Shown in pieces: positions 30,012 to 40,121 of a stretch of DNA of 64,000 bases. The stretch is from Acidobacteriota bacterium. GTDB lineage: Bacteria; Acidobacteriota; UBA6911; RPQK01; G965218465. Numbering within the stretch: position 1 is the first letter of the stretch; every line of letters begins with the position of its first letter. A program made the translations under genes and the position numbers. Below the pieces are notes generated by a model. That model was not told where the DNA came from, ran no database searches, and worked only from the letters and a program-made list of their open reading frames with translations. The stretch lies in contig OZ244623.1 of assembly GCA_965218465.1 (NCBI GenBank), forward strand, positions 2,735,152 through 2,799,151, given 5' to 3'.

Positions 30012-30629
30012 TTAACCTTCCGGACCTCTTTCCGGGTGTTTGTTACCATTGAAGTTGGCGAACAGGCAGAAGAGAATTTCTTGCGTGATCTGTTGGGGCG
30101 TCTTGTTGTCCACGTCGACCACCCACTCGGCACACTGATACTGTGACTGCCGTTGATGGTAGAGGGTCTCAAAGCGGAGCAGATCTTGGGCCAAAGGCCG
30201 TTTTCGATCTCCCAAGCAACGGGAGCGGCACAGCTCAAGACTGATCCTGAGCCAGATCGTGCGACCGTTGGACCGCACCTGAGCACGATTGGTTTCGCCG
30301 GTGAGGGTGCCTCCACCCAATGCGATGACTGCGGGCGGAAGCCTCAGGCAGCGCGCCAGCATCTCCCGCTCGAGTTGCCGGAAACCGGCTTCCCCCGCGT
30401 CGGAAAAAATCCTGGGAATCGATTTGGCCGCTGCAGCTTCGATCAGGGCGTCCAAGTCGATAAAATGCCGCTCGAGCCGCTGTGCCAACAGCGGTCCGAC
30501 AGTGGATTTTCCGCAGCCCATGAATCCTGTCAAGAACAAATGGGTTCCAACCGCGGTTTGGGTTGGATGATCAGCGGTCACAGAGCGACTCCAAAGTCTC
30601 GAAAAAGCCTGGAAAGGAGACAGTTGCAC
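30012..30629 (-). CDS. aroK: Shikimate kinase.
   Basis: It has a P-loop GFMGCGKSTVG and a shikimate-kinase lid. The true start is probably downstream of 30629 (for example the GTG at 30581), because the listed start overlaps aroA by 59 nt. Confidence 0.8.
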   Translation of the reverse strand: MQLSPFQAFSRLWSRSVTADHPTQTAVGTHLFLTGFMGCGKSTVGPLLAQRLERHFIDLDALIEAAAAKSIPRIFSDAGEAGFRQLEREMLARCLRLPPAVIALGGGTLTGETNRAQVRSNGRTIWLRISLELCRSRCLGDRKRPLAQDLLRFETLYHQRQSQYQCAEWVVDVDNKTPQQITQEILFCLFANFNGNKHPERGPEG

Positions 30630-31860
30630 AAGCCCCGTCGTCGAGCTCGACTCCGTCTTTGGAAACCAGTCCAGCTATCGCAAAAGCCATAGCAATTCGG
30701 TGATCTCCAAAGGTGCTGACCCGACCACCTTGAATCCTCTGGCCCGGCGAAATCCGGAAACCATCTTCAAACTCTTTGACCTGGACTCCCAAGTTCTTGA
30801 GATTATAAACGATTGAGTGGATGCGGTCAGATTCCTTATGACGCAGTTCTTTGGCTTGGCGCACGCAAAACCCCTTGGAGCGCCCGCAAGCCAGCACGGC
30901 TAATATAGGAATCTCGTCAATCAGGTTGGGAATCCAGTCGCCCTGTATGGTGGGGGGCAGGTTTTCCGAAAGCCGGTTTTGACAAGAGATTTCCAGATCG
31001 GCAACTGGTTCTCCGCCCGAATTCAGCCCGCCTTGGCGCGGCAGGATCAATCCAGCCTGTTGCAGCAGCTGCAGCAGACCGATTCGGGTGGGATTGACAC
31101 CCAACTGAGGGATGGAAAGCTTCGATCCAGGGAGGAGGAGAGAGGCCACAATGAAAAAGGCAGCAGCCGAGAAATCTCCCGGAACTGCCAAGTTGGCCGA
31201 ATGCAAGTTCTGTCCCCCTGCCACGCTGACCGCTAGACCCCGACGCTGCACTCGGGCCCCGAAATGGGGAAAGGCTCGTTCGCTGTGGTCGCGCGTCTGG
31301 CGAATCTCCTCCACACGGGTGCTCCCGGTGGCGGTCAAGCCCGCCAGCAGAACACACGACTTCACTTGGGCACTGGCAACACGCGGTCGGTAGCTTAGCC
31401 CTCGGAGCCGGCAACCGTTGATCTCCAGTGGAGGATAACGGTCCCGCCGTGCTCGGATTTCGGCGCCCATCTGCACCAGCGGTTCGATGATCCGTTTCAT
31501 TGGCCTGCGGTTGAGCGAGCGATCGCCGGCAATGGCGGATTCAAAGCCGGACCCCGCCAGCGGCCCCGCCAGCAATCGGAGCGTGGTGCCGCTGTTACCG
31601 GCGTAGAGTGTCTCCGAGGCTGGTTTCCAGCCGGCAAAGCCTCCGCTTTCGATGGTCACCTGGTTGGCCTCCTGGTGGCAAGACACTCCCAACTGGTACA
31701 AACAATCCAGTGTCGAACAACAGTCCCGACTCCGGGAGTAGTTCCGAATGCAACTGCGGCCTCGCGCCATGGCAGCCAGCAACGCATAGCGATGCGAAAT
31801 CGATTTGTCGCCGGGAGGATTCAGAGTGCCGGTCAGGCGCTGAGCAGGTTCAATCCGCAT
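30571..31860 (-). CDS. aroA: 3-phosphoshikimate 1-carboxyvinyltransferase (EPSP synthase).
   Basis: The 429-aa ORF has the conserved EPSPS motifs (..GNSGTTLRLLAG.., ..DHRIAMAFAIAGL..). Confidence 0.9.
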   Translation of the reverse strand: MRIEPAQRLTGTLNPPGDKSISHRYALLAAMARGRSCIRNYSRSRDCCSTLDCLYQLGVSCHQEANQVTIESGGFAGWKPASETLYAGNSGTTLRLLAGPLAGSGFESAIAGDRSLNRRPMKRIIEPLVQMGAEIRARRDRYPPLEINGCRLRGLSYRPRVASAQVKSCVLLAGLTATGSTRVEEIRQTRDHSERAFPHFGARVQRRGLAVSVAGGQNLHSANLAVPGDFSAAAFFIVASLLLPGSKLSIPQLGVNPTRIGLLQLLQQAGLILPRQGGLNSGGEPVADLEISCQNRLSENLPPTIQGDWIPNLIDEIPILAVLACGRSKGFCVRQAKELRHKESDRIHSIVYNLKNLGVQVKEFEDGFRISPGQRIQGGRVSTFGDHRIAMAFAIAGLVSKDGVELDDGACATVSFPGFFETLESLCDR

Positions 31861-31874
31861 GGATGGTCGAGGGA

Positions 31875-34094
31875 TTAGCTGGCCGGCGGATCACCGGTTC
31901 CAAACGTAAGTTGCAGTTCCTTGAGGTGTTTGATCTTATCGCGGCACCCGGCAGCCTTTTCGAACTCAAAGGCCTCGGCTGCCTCTTTCATCTGCTTTTC
32001 CAGCTTTTGCACGGCTTCAGTGATAGCCTGGACCGAGGTGTAATCTTCCACTGACTCGGCGACCATCGATACTTCATAGTAATCCAGTTGGGACATTTCC
32101 AGCAGCGCCGTGTTGATAGGTTTCAGGATCGATTGGGGCTCAATGTCATTATCCCGGTTGTATTTCTGCTGGACGCGCCTTCGCCGGGAGGTTTCATCGA
32201 TGGCTCGCTGCATGGAGCGGGTGATGCGATCGGCGTAGAGGATAGCTTGGCCATTAAGATGGCGCGCCGCGCGACCGATCGTCTGGATCAACGAGGTTTC
32301 ACTTCGCAGGAAGCCCTCCTTGTCGGCGTCGAGAATGGCAACCAGAGAGACTTCCGGTAGATCCAGGCCTTCTCGCAGCAGATTGACTCCCACCAGTACA
32401 TCGAACCGACCCTTTCGAAGATCATGCAAAACCTTGACTCGGTCCAGGGTGTCGACTTCCGAATGCAGATAGCGGACTGCAACACCCAATTCGGTGTAGT
32501 ATTCGGTCAATTCCTCTGCCATCCGTTTCGTTAGAGTTGTCACCAACACTCGCTCACCGCGTTGCACAGCTTGGCGAATTTCTTCCAGCAGATCGTCGAT
32601 CTGATTCTTGACAGGGCGAACTTGAAGGGAGGGGTCCATCAAACCGGTCGGGCGAATAATCTGTTCGACTATCTCGCCGCCGCTGAGACTCAACTCGTAA
32701 GCTGCGGGAGTGGCCGACACGTAGATGGTCGGGGGGACTCGAGTCTGGAATTCGGCAAAGCTCAGGGGCCGATTGTCGAGAGCGGAAGGGAGTCGAAAAC
32801 CATGTTGGACCAGATTTTTCTTGCGGGAGCGATCGCCTTGGTACATGCCTCGTACTTGCGGGATTGTGACGTGACTTTCGTCCACAAAGAAGAGTGCGTC
32901 CTGGGGAAGATAATCGAGCAATGTGGGAGGCGGTTCTCCGGGAGCTCGCCCGGTGAGGTGGCGAGAATAGTTTTCGACCCCGCGACAGTAGCCCACCGTT
33001 TTGATCATCTCCAAATCGAAGAGCGTCCTTTGCTGTACGCGTTGAGCCTCAACCAAGCGGCCTTCTTCTTCCAATTGCGCTCGCCATTGTTCCAACTCTT
33101 CCCGGATGCTGGTGTGGGCCCGGCGCCAGACCTCCCGCGGCACCACGTAATGTGATTTGGGATAGATCGGGAGTCGCTCGTGCTCTTGGAGCACCTCGCC
33201 GGTGACCGGGTCAAAACGGTAGATGGCTTCAATTTCATCGCCGAAAAGATCGATGCGAATTCCGTAATCTTCATAGGAGGGTGCTACGTCAACGATGTCA
33301 CCGCGGACCCGGAAAGTACCCCGAACCAAGTCGAAATCGTTCCGTTCGTATTGGATCTCCACCAGTTTAGCCAGAATCTCATCTCGAGAAATCTTTTGGG
33401 CTTTGTGGAGCATGAGCAACATCCCATAGTAAGCCTCGGGAGAGCCGAGCCCGTAAATGCAACTGACGCTGGCAACAATGATGCAGTCGTGCCGTTCGAA
33501 CAGCGAGCGGGTTGCCGAGTGGCGAAGTCGATCGATTTCATCGTTGATAAGGACTTCTTTCTCAATGTAGGTGTCGGTGGAAGCAATATAAGCTTCGGGC
33601 TGGTAGTAGTCGTAGTAGCTGACAAAGTATTCGACAGCGTTGCCGGGAAAGAAGTTGCGGAATTCCTGATATAGCTGCGCGGCCAGTGTCTTGTTATGAC
33701 TCAAGATCAAAGTGGGACGGTTGAGCGCCTCGATGATCTTGGCCATGGTGAAGGTCTTACCCGACCCGGTCACTCCCAGTAGCACCTGATCCTGGCGGTC
33801 GTCTTCGATACCGCTGGTCAAGGCGGAAATCGCCTTTTCTTGATCGCCGCTGGGATGGAAAGGACTCTCAAGCAGAAAGCGTCCCGAGGAGCTGGCAGCA
33901 GCGCCGTAGTTGATTCCCGAATAGGCCAATTTCTGCGTCTCGGACACTTCTCTTATTATAGTCGGCTTATTGCCATGTCCAGTTGCCTGGCGGGGCGGGT
34001 GGGGATCATGGTCAGCTGGTCTTGTTACTCTCCTCGGCGTGAGTTTGCCTATCTGTCCTAATTGTGGGCAAAAGATGATCGAGCGGCGTTGCAA
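31875..34094 (-). CDS. uvrB: Excinuclease ABC subunit B.
   Basis: It has the helicase motifs GVTGSGKT.., DESHVT.., a beta-hairpin and a C-terminal UvrC-interaction coiled-coil. The N-terminal about 50 codons of the ORF are probably not translated; the conserved N-terminus begins near [17 protein letters not shown]. Confidence 0.9.
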   Translation of the reverse strand: MQRRSIIFCPQLGQIGKLTPRRVTRPADHDPHPPRQATGHGNKPTIIREVSETQKLAYSGINYGAAASSSGRFLLESPFHPSGDQEKAISALTSGIEDDRQDQVLLGVTGSGKTFTMAKIIEALNRPTLILSHNKTLAAQLYQEFRNFFPGNAVEYFVSYYDYYQPEAYIASTDTYIEKEVLINDEIDRLRHSATRSLFERHDCIIVASVSCIYGLGSPEAYYGMLLMLHKAQKISRDEILAKLVEIQYERNDFDLVRGTFRVRGDIVDVAPSYEDYGIRIDLFGDEIEAIYRFDPVTGEVLQEHERLPIYPKSHYVVPREVWRRAHTSIREELEQWRAQLEEEGRLVEAQRVQQRTLFDLEMIKTVGYCRGVENYSRHLTGRAPGEPPPTLLDYLPQDALFFVDESHVTIPQVRGMYQGDRSRKKNLVQHGFRLPSALDNRPLSFAEFQTRVPPTIYVSATPAAYELSLSGGEIVEQIIRPTGLMDPSLQVRPVKNQIDDLLEEIRQAVQRGERVLVTTLTKRMAEELTEYYTELGVAVRYLHSEVDTLDRVKVLHDLRKGRFDVLVGVNLLREGLDLPEVSLVAILDADKEGFLRSETSLIQTIGRAARHLNGQAILYADRITRSMQRAIDETSRRRRVQQKYNRDNDIEPQSILKPINTALLEMSQLDYYEVSMVAESVEDYTSVQAITEAVQKLEKQMKEAAEAFEFEKAAGCRDKIKHLKELQLTFGTGDPPAS

Positions 34095-34131
34095 GCAACT
34101 TTGCCTGCATTGTCGCTACACAGAAAGCTGA
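34039..34131 (+). CDS. Possible 30-aa zinc-ribbon micro-protein (CPNC...CLHC).
   Basis: The GTG-initiated ORF encodes [30 protein letters not shown] with two CxxC pairs. It is too short for the ORF track. It overlaps the doubtful 5' extension of uvrB on the opposite strand. Confidence 0.2.
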   Translation: MSLPICPNCGQKMIERRCKQLCLHCRYTES

Positions 34132-34534
34132 AGTGATTTGAGCCTACCCGTGTTGGTGGGTAAGCAGGCCACCCGGACCTCGCCGCAAGAAACCGAGTCG
34201 GTGCTTTTCCCGTTGCCTTCCGGTTAAATGATTCCGATTTGGAATTTCCGCCGCCAGCTTGGTTGAAGGTCGGTCAAATATCCCCGCCCTATTCGTCGGA
34301 TGTTGCGACGGAATTGATTCTTGCCCATCAGTTTCGACTTGCAAGTAGACGGTTTTGACCAAAGTTATTGCTTGCAACAGCTCCCAAAGGCTGGGGATAC
34401 CCGGGATCGAGTTTCCCCAATTCGTCCGGGCAATTTTTTTGTTGGCCCGACACAACTGCTTTCCTTCTACAATGAGGGAGTCATGGGGATGGGTGCGCTA
34501 GGTCAGCCTGAGCAGTCTTAGGAGGAGGTGATCG

Positions 34535-35584
34535 ATGAACCGAAGAGAGTTCCTCAAAACGTCTGGGGCCGGATTGACACTAAGCAACGTCAAGACCACG
34601 GCTAACGAGACTGTTGGCGGACGCAGACCGGCGGTGATTGCCAGCGCCAATGGACTTAGAGCGACCGCCAAGGCAATGAGAATGATTCGTCGAGGACACG
34701 ATACTCTGGACGCCGTGGTGGCGGGGGTCAATATCGTGGAGGCCGATCCTGCCGACACCTCAGTGGGTTACGGAGGCCTCCCCAACGAGAACGGCGTCAT
34801 CCAGCTCGATTCGTCGGTGATGCATGGCCCCACCAATGGCGCTGGGGCGGTAGCGGCAATTTCCAACATTAAGCATCCTTCCAAGGTAGCCCAGCAGGTG
34901 ATGGAGTCAACCGACCACGTCTTACTGGTGGGAGAAGGGGCCCTTAAGTTCGCAGTGATGATGGGTTTCAAGCAGCAGAATCTGCTTACCGACGAGACTC
35001 GCGAAATCTGGTTGCGTTGGAAACGTGAGCTTAGTCAGCGGGACGATTGGATTGACCCCCAGGACCGTTTGCCGGACTCCGCCAACCCAGGTGATAAGCA
35101 ACAGATCAGCCGCCTGTTGGAGCACCATGGAACGATCAATTGCAACGCGGTCAATGAAAAGGGTGAGATCTCCGGTGTGACGACCACTAGCGGTCTCGCT
35201 TTCAAGATCCCGGGTCGAGTTGGGGATTCGCCGATCCTTGGCGCCGGTCTTTACGTCGACAACTCCGTGGGAGCCTGTGGCAGCACCGGACGCGGTGAAG
35301 CCAACCTCAAGACTTGTGCCAGCTTCATGGTGGTCGAGTTCATGCGGCAGGGAGTATCGCCCGAACAAGCCGGCCTGAAAGTTCTGCAGCGTATTGTGGA
35401 GAATACGACCGAGCCTTACCTTCGCGACGATCGAGGAAGGCCAAAGTTCAACGTCAACTTCTACGCCATCAACAAGCAAGGTGAATTCGCGGGGACAGCT
35501 ATTTGGAGCGGGAGCCAGTACGTCGCCCATGATGGAAGAAAGAACCGAACCTATGATTCAGCCTATCTCTTCAAGCGAGAGTAG
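34535..35584 (+). CDS. Ntn-hydrolase family isoaspartyl peptidase / glycosylasparaginase (L-asparaginase type III-like), Tat-secreted.
   Basis: It has the Tat-like N-terminus MNRREFLKTSGAGLTLS and an autoproteolytic-site context (..NCNAVNEKGEISGVTTTSGLAFKIPGRVGDSPILGAG..). Confidence 0.85.
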   Translation: MNRREFLKTSGAGLTLSNVKTTANETVGGRRPAVIASANGLRATAKAMRMIRRGHDTLDAVVAGVNIVEADPADTSVGYGGLPNENGVIQLDSSVMHGPTNGAGAVAAISNIKHPSKVAQQVMESTDHVLLVGEGALKFAVMMGFKQQNLLTDETREIWLRWKRELSQRDDWIDPQDRLPDSANPGDKQQISRLLEHHGTINCNAVNEKGEISGVTTTSGLAFKIPGRVGDSPILGAGLYVDNSVGACGSTGRGEANLKTCASFMVVEFMRQGVSPEQAGLKVLQRIVENTTEPYLRDDRGRPKFNVNFYAINKQGEFAGTAIWSGSQYVAHDGRKNRTYDSAYLFKRE

Positions 35585-35685
35585 ATTCTGACCGGTTAGC
35601 GCCGAGCCGGCGAAATCCGGAGTCACGGCCCCAAGCAACCGGACTCCGGAGGCCATAGATAGGTGTTGTGGTCCGCAATCGTCGC

Positions 35686-35703
35686 AATTTTCTGACTTGA
35701 GCC
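35686..35703 (+). promoter_or_regulatory. Copy 1 of a recurrent 18-nt motif AATTTTYTGACTTGAGCC (upstream of the sulfatase-like gene).
   Basis: aattttCtgacttgagcc matches 17/18 to the copy at 50346..50363. It lies about 200 nt upstream of the + strand CDS. Confidence 0.35.
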
Positions 35704-35900
35704 CGGGCCGGCTGCAATTCGTTGAAGTAGACCTGCGTGGCTGGTTTCTAGTGGACGCACGCTTCCAGGGGTAAATTCCCTGGTCTTCAGCGGGGGCACC
35801 AAACAAATTGCGTTACACTGGCGTGGTGGCGGGGAGTATCGACGCTACAACTCGGTACCGACTTCGTTAGGACTCGGCTAGATGACGCTGCTGACAAACC

Positions 35901-37304
35901 TTGAAACTTGAGGCTCGACAGGCAAGAATCTTGCTAGGAATGAGAAGTCTGGAAAGGCTACTGGTTAGCTTGGTCTTGAGCCTGTTGTTGGGGTGCCTCA
36001 TGGCGGCCCAGCCTAAGCCCACCGAAAACGCCGAAAGGCCCAATCTTCTTTTGGTTACCTTCGACACGACGCGAGTCGATCGGCTGGGCTGTTACGGTTA
36101 CCGGGAGGCTCAGACTCCAGCTATCGACCGCCTGGCTGCTGAGGGAGTGCTTTTCGAAAAGGCCTACGCCCAAGCTCCCCAAACACTCCCCAGCCACTGC
36201 AGTCTGTTCACCGGTCTTTATCCGATTACGCACAATGTTCTCAGTAACGGCCAGCGACTAAGTGACGAAGCCTGGACCTTGGCAGAGATTCTAAGGAGTC
36301 AGGGTTACCGTACGGGAGCGGTAGTGGCGGCTGCCCCGCTAATGGAGGTGTTCAACCTTGATCAGGGCTTTGGATACTATAACGATACTTTCAAAGAATC
36401 TACCTTGGTTAGCGGCTTCAAGGCTTTCTTGCGAATGTTTACTTTTCAAAAGGTCAATCTGCCGACTTCCAAACACGCGCTGGATGTGACCCGGACAGCA
36501 AGACAATGGCTGGCGCGCAGGGCTCGGGACAAAAAACCGTTTTTTCTCTGGGTCCACTATTTCGACCCTCACCACCCTTACGAATTCCATCCGGACTTCG
36601 AAAAGGCTGCGGTGTTAAGCGAAGGGAAAGGGAACGAGTATGGCGAGAAGGAGGCAAACTACATCAACGAGATTGAGTTTGCCGACTACCAGTTGGGCAA
36701 GCTGCTGGATTTTATGGATCGGCGGGATCTGACCCAGAATACGCTCACAGTCTTTACCACCGATCACGGCGAGAGTCTGGGCGAGCATTCTTACCGTGGA
36801 CACCGCCAGGAAATCTACGAGAGCATTATTCGTGTTCCACTAATTTTGCGAATGCCGAATCGCCTTGCGGCAGGTCGGCGGCTGGCGACTCCTGCCATGT
36901 CGATCGACGTCTTGCCCACCGTGCTTCGACTGCTGCAGATCCCCTATATACCCAGCTCGTTTCAAGGCAAGGACCTACTGGCCCTTTCGGTCGACAAGCC
37001 TCGCAAGATTTACTCGTTAGCTGTCAAGTTGTTTACCAAGTCCCCGACCAGGCGCTCTCTCATCTACGACGACCTCAAGTTCATTGAATACGACAATTCT
37101 CAGAAAAATGCGCTTTTCGATCTTCGAGAAGATCCCGGGGAAACGGTCAACCTGCTTCATCTTGATCATGCCGCGGCGGGCAGGCTCGACTGGCTAGAGG
37201 AAATTCGCGAGTGGTTCCGTCGCGACGGCAGATTGGAGTTCAGTGACTTTCGCATGACGAAGGAGCAAATCGAGCGTCTCAAGAGCCTCGGCTACATTCA
37301 TTAG
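35901..37304 (+). CDS. Sulfatase-like hydrolase/transferase (alkaline-phosphatase superfamily) lipoprotein. Thr sits at the formylglycine position.
   Basis: It has a lipobox LLLGC and sulfatase-fold N-terminal motifs. Against the canonical ..PVCTPSRAALLTGRYP.., this protein has ..PQTLPSHCSLFTGLYP.. (C to T, R to H). It may start at MRSLERLL (35940). Confidence 0.8.
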   Translation: MKLEARQARILLGMRSLERLLVSLVLSLLLGCLMAAQPKPTENAERPNLLLVTFDTTRVDRLGCYGYREAQTPAIDRLAAEGVLFEKAYAQAPQTLPSHCSLFTGLYPITHNVLSNGQRLSDEAWTLAEILRSQGYRTGAVVAAAPLMEVFNLDQGFGYYNDTFKESTLVSGFKAFLRMFTFQKVNLPTSKHALDVTRTARQWLARRARDKKPFFLWVHYFDPHHPYEFHPDFEKAAVLSEGKGNEYGEKEANYINEIEFADYQLGKLLDFMDRRDLTQNTLTVFTTDHGESLGEHSYRGHRQEIYESIIRVPLILRMPNRLAAGRRLATPAMSIDVLPTVLRLLQIPYIPSSFQGKDLLALSVDKPRKIYSLAVKLFTKSPTRRSLIYDDLKFIEYDNSQKNALFDLREDPGETVNLLHLDHAAAGRLDWLEEIREWFRRDGRLEFSDFRMTKEQIERLKSLGYIH

Positions 37305-37394
37305 CGGACTTTAGGATTCCTGTCCCCAACCGGGGGGCGTTCATTTCACCCCAAACTCAGATTTCTTCTGTTCTCATCCTGGGAGTAAACCAAT

Positions 37395-38402
37395 ATGAGA
37401 ATCCTGGTCACAGGCGGCGCCGGTTTTATTGGAAGCCATTTCTGCCAACGGCTCTTGGAAGGGGGAAATGAAGTGCTCTGTCTGGACAATCTGTTTTCCG
37501 GCACCAAGAGGAATCTGGAGGGTCTGCTGGATTTCCCTCTGTTCGAGTTCATCCGGCACGACATCACACGCCCCATTTTGGTGGAGGTCGATCAAATCTA
37601 CAATCTGGCTTGCCCAGCCTCTCCCATCCACTACCAGTACAATCCTGTCAAGACGGTCAAGACCAGCATATTGGGGACGCTCAACTGTTTGGGGATTGCC
37701 AAGCGGGTTCAAGCTCGAATCCTCCATGCCAGCACATCGGAAGTCTATGGAGATCCGCTCGAACACCCCCAGAAAGAGACCTACTGGGGGCACGTCAATC
37801 CTATCGGACCGCGCGGTTGCTACGCCGAAGGGAAACGGTGTGCCGAGACTCTGATGATGGACTATCATCGTCAAAACCGGGTGTCGATTCGTATTGCCCG
37901 TATTTTCAATACTTATGGCCCCAAAATGAGAGTTGGCGACGGTCGGGTTGTGAGCAATTTTGTGGTGAATGCTTTGCGGGGCCGACCCCTGCCTGTTTAT
38001 GGTGATGGTTCGCAAACGCGTTCGTTTTGCTATGTCGACGACTTGATCGAGGGCTTGTACAAATTGATGAACCAGGAGGAATTTAACGGTCCCGTCAACC
38101 TGGGGAGCTCACAAGAAATTTCCATTCTGGAGTTAGCCGAGACCATCCTGGATTTAGTGGGCTCGTCGGCCGGGTTGCGGTATGCGGCTCTGCCGGAGGA
38201 TGATTCCGCGCGTCGTCAACCCGATATCGAATTAGCTCGGAAGCGGTTGGGCTGGGCGCCGATGACCGATCTCAAGACTGGCCTTGGCCGCACCATCGAC
38301 TACTTTGACAAGCGTTTGGCTGCTGGGTCCAAGCAAGACAACGAGGACATTGAGGGGGCTCTAGAGCTGCCTGTGAGCGGACGAAGCCAGCCGGCAAAAT
38401 AA
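37395..38402 (+). CDS. UDP-glucuronate decarboxylase (UDP-xylose synthase).
   Basis: It has GGAGFIGSH.., a YxxxK in YAEGKRCAE, and the typical UXS sequence throughout (..[30 protein letters not shown]..). Confidence 0.85.
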   Translation: MRILVTGGAGFIGSHFCQRLLEGGNEVLCLDNLFSGTKRNLEGLLDFPLFEFIRHDITRPILVEVDQIYNLACPASPIHYQYNPVKTVKTSILGTLNCLGIAKRVQARILHASTSEVYGDPLEHPQKETYWGHVNPIGPRGCYAEGKRCAETLMMDYHRQNRVSIRIARIFNTYGPKMRVGDGRVVSNFVVNALRGRPLPVYGDGSQTRSFCYVDDLIEGLYKLMNQEEFNGPVNLGSSQEISILELAETILDLVGSSAGLRYAALPEDDSARRQPDIELARKRLGWAPMTDLKTGLGRTIDYFDKRLAAGSKQDNEDIEGALELPVSGRSQPAK

Positions 38403-38457
38403 ACAGTGAAGCTCGTTTTTCGGTTTGCTAGAATGGTCCGGAACCAAAGGAGAGAGG

Positions 38458-38814
38458 ATGCTGGCTGCTTATTTGCCCGTGCTGATTTTCGCTCTGATAG
38501 CGGTTTCGTTGCCGGTGGTCGGTCTGGGAGTTGGTAGGCTGCTGCGGCCCTCTCGGCCTTCGGCCTCCAAACTCTCGCCTTATGAGTGCGGCGTAGAACC
38601 GGAAACCGATGCCAGAGACCGCATCTCGAACCGCTTTTACATCATCGCAATCCTGTTCGTGATATTCGACGTTGAGACGATTTTCTTGTTCCCTTGGGCT
38701 GTGATTTATGGCCGGCTTGCCATTTTCGGGTTTTTCGAGATGTTGATTTTTCTGGGAATTCTGATCGTGGGATATTTTTACGTTTGGAAGAAGGGGGCCC
38801 TGGAGTGGACTTGA
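38458..38814 (+). CDS. nuoA: NADH-quinone oxidoreductase subunit A.
   Basis: It has ..SPYECGVEP.. and three TM helices. The ATG at 38458 is preferred over the ORF-track start at 38425. Confidence 0.85.
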   Translation: MLAAYLPVLIFALIAVSLPVVGLGVGRLLRPSRPSASKLSPYECGVEPETDARDRISNRFYIIAILFVIFDVETIFLFPWAVIYGRLAIFGFFEMLIFLGILIVGYFYVWKKGALEWT

Positions 38815-39311
38815 GTCAAGGTAACTTCGACAAGAACATTGTCACCACGACGCTTGATTCCGTTTTCAACTGGGCCCGCAAGTCCTCGCTTTGGCCCATG
38901 ACTTTTGGGTTGGCTTGTTGCGCCATCGAGATGATGGCTACGGGAGCCTCCCGCTTTGACATGGACCGCTTCGGCGCCGGAATTTTTCGGCCCTCGCCGC
39001 GGCAAGCAGACGTCATTATCATCGCCGGCACGGTTACCTTGAAAATGGCCGAGGTGATCCAACTGCTTTACGAACAGATGCCCGACCCCAAATGGGTAAT
39101 CTCGATGGGCGCTTGTTCGAGTGTTGGTGGCCCGTTTGACACCTATTCCACACTGCAGGGAGTCGACAAGGTTATTCCGGTTGATGTTTACATCCCCGGT
39201 TGTCCTCCCAGGCCGGAAGCGCTGCTCTACGGTTTGATGCGGCTGCAAGACAAGATCGACCAGATGAGTATCACCGATGCGCCGTATGCCGAGTTGGAGA
39301 TGAGCTCCTAA
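38805..39311 (+). CDS. nuoB: NADH-quinone oxidoreductase subunit B (N2 Fe-S cluster subunit).
   Basis: It has ..[11 protein letters not shown].. [11 protein letters not shown].. [10 protein letters not shown]... The GTG at 38805 overlaps the nuoA stop. The ORF-track start at 38694 lies inside nuoA. Confidence 0.85.
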   Translation: MDLSQGNFDKNIVTTTLDSVFNWARKSSLWPMTFGLACCAIEMMATGASRFDMDRFGAGIFRPSPRQADVIIIAGTVTLKMAEVIQLLYEQMPDPKWVISMGACSSVGGPFDTYSTLQGVDKVIPVDVYIPGCPPRPEALLYGLMRLQDKIDQMSITDAPYAELEMSS

Positions 39312-40118
39312 ATGGCGGGGAAAAAGAAGTCTCGGGACGAAGGTCAAGGCGCCGGGTCCCCGGAAAGATCAAGAGCCGGCGGCGGCGGCCAGCAGCCTCC
39401 CGAGGGAAAGAAGTCGGCGGACCCAAAGGAGAGGCGGTCTTCCGCTCCTCAGCCCAACGCCGCAACTACCAAGGGGACCTCGGCCAAACGGGTAGCTCGT
39501 CCCGGCAAGATCCCCGTAAAGTCCAAGATCGCGAGAACTGGGAAATTCGGCGCTAAGCGTCGCCTGCGCCGTCCCATACGTCGCAAACCCAAAGGCCCGA
39601 CCTATGAGGACCTTCCCGACGAAGATGCCTTGAGTCAGGCCCTTCGCGAGTCTTTGCCCAACTCATTGGAGTCGGCTCAATCGTTTCTCAAGCAGCGGAT
39701 CTATGCCATCAAGCTGGATGCGCTCTACGACGCGTGTCTTTTTCTGCGTGACAGCCAAGAGTGGGACTTCGACTATCTGATCGATATAACCGCCGTGGAT
39801 TTTCTGGGAGAGCAACCCCGTTTTTGTCTGGTTTACCAGCTTTATTCCTACCGTCACCAACAGCTGGTTCGGCTCAAGTCGCGCCTCCCCATGGATGCAG
39901 TGGCCCCTTCGGTCACTGGTATTTGGGAGGCTGCCAATTGGTTGGAACGCGAGGTCTACGACATGTTCGGCATTGAGTTTTCAGGTCATCCCGATTTGAG
40001 ACGGATCCTGCTCCCCGATGACTGGTATGGATACCCTTTGCGCAAAGACTATGACATCAAGCTGCAGGATCAATCCTGGATCAGCAAACACTTGCGGATT
40101 CGAAAGGTTCCAAGCTAG
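39312..40118 (+). CDS. nuoC: NADH-quinone oxidoreductase subunit C (30 kDa) with an ~110-aa basic low-complexity N-terminal extension.
   Basis: The C-terminal about 150 aa is canonical NuoC (..[11 protein letters not shown].. [25 protein letters not shown]..). The first about 110 aa are K/R/G/P/S-rich ([49 protein letters not shown]). The ATG directly follows the nuoB stop. Confidence 0.85.
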   Translation: MAGKKKSRDEGQGAGSPERSRAGGGGQQPPEGKKSADPKERRSSAPQPNAATTKGTSAKRVARPGKIPVKSKIARTGKFGAKRRLRRPIRRKPKGPTYEDLPDEDALSQALRESLPNSLESAQSFLKQRIYAIKLDALYDACLFLRDSQEWDFDYLIDITAVDFLGEQPRFCLVYQLYSYRHQQLVRLKSRLPMDAVAPSVTGIWEAANWLEREVYDMFGIEFSGHPDLRRILLPDDWYGYPLRKDYDIKLQDQSWISKHLRIRKVPS

Positions 40119-40121
40119 CCG

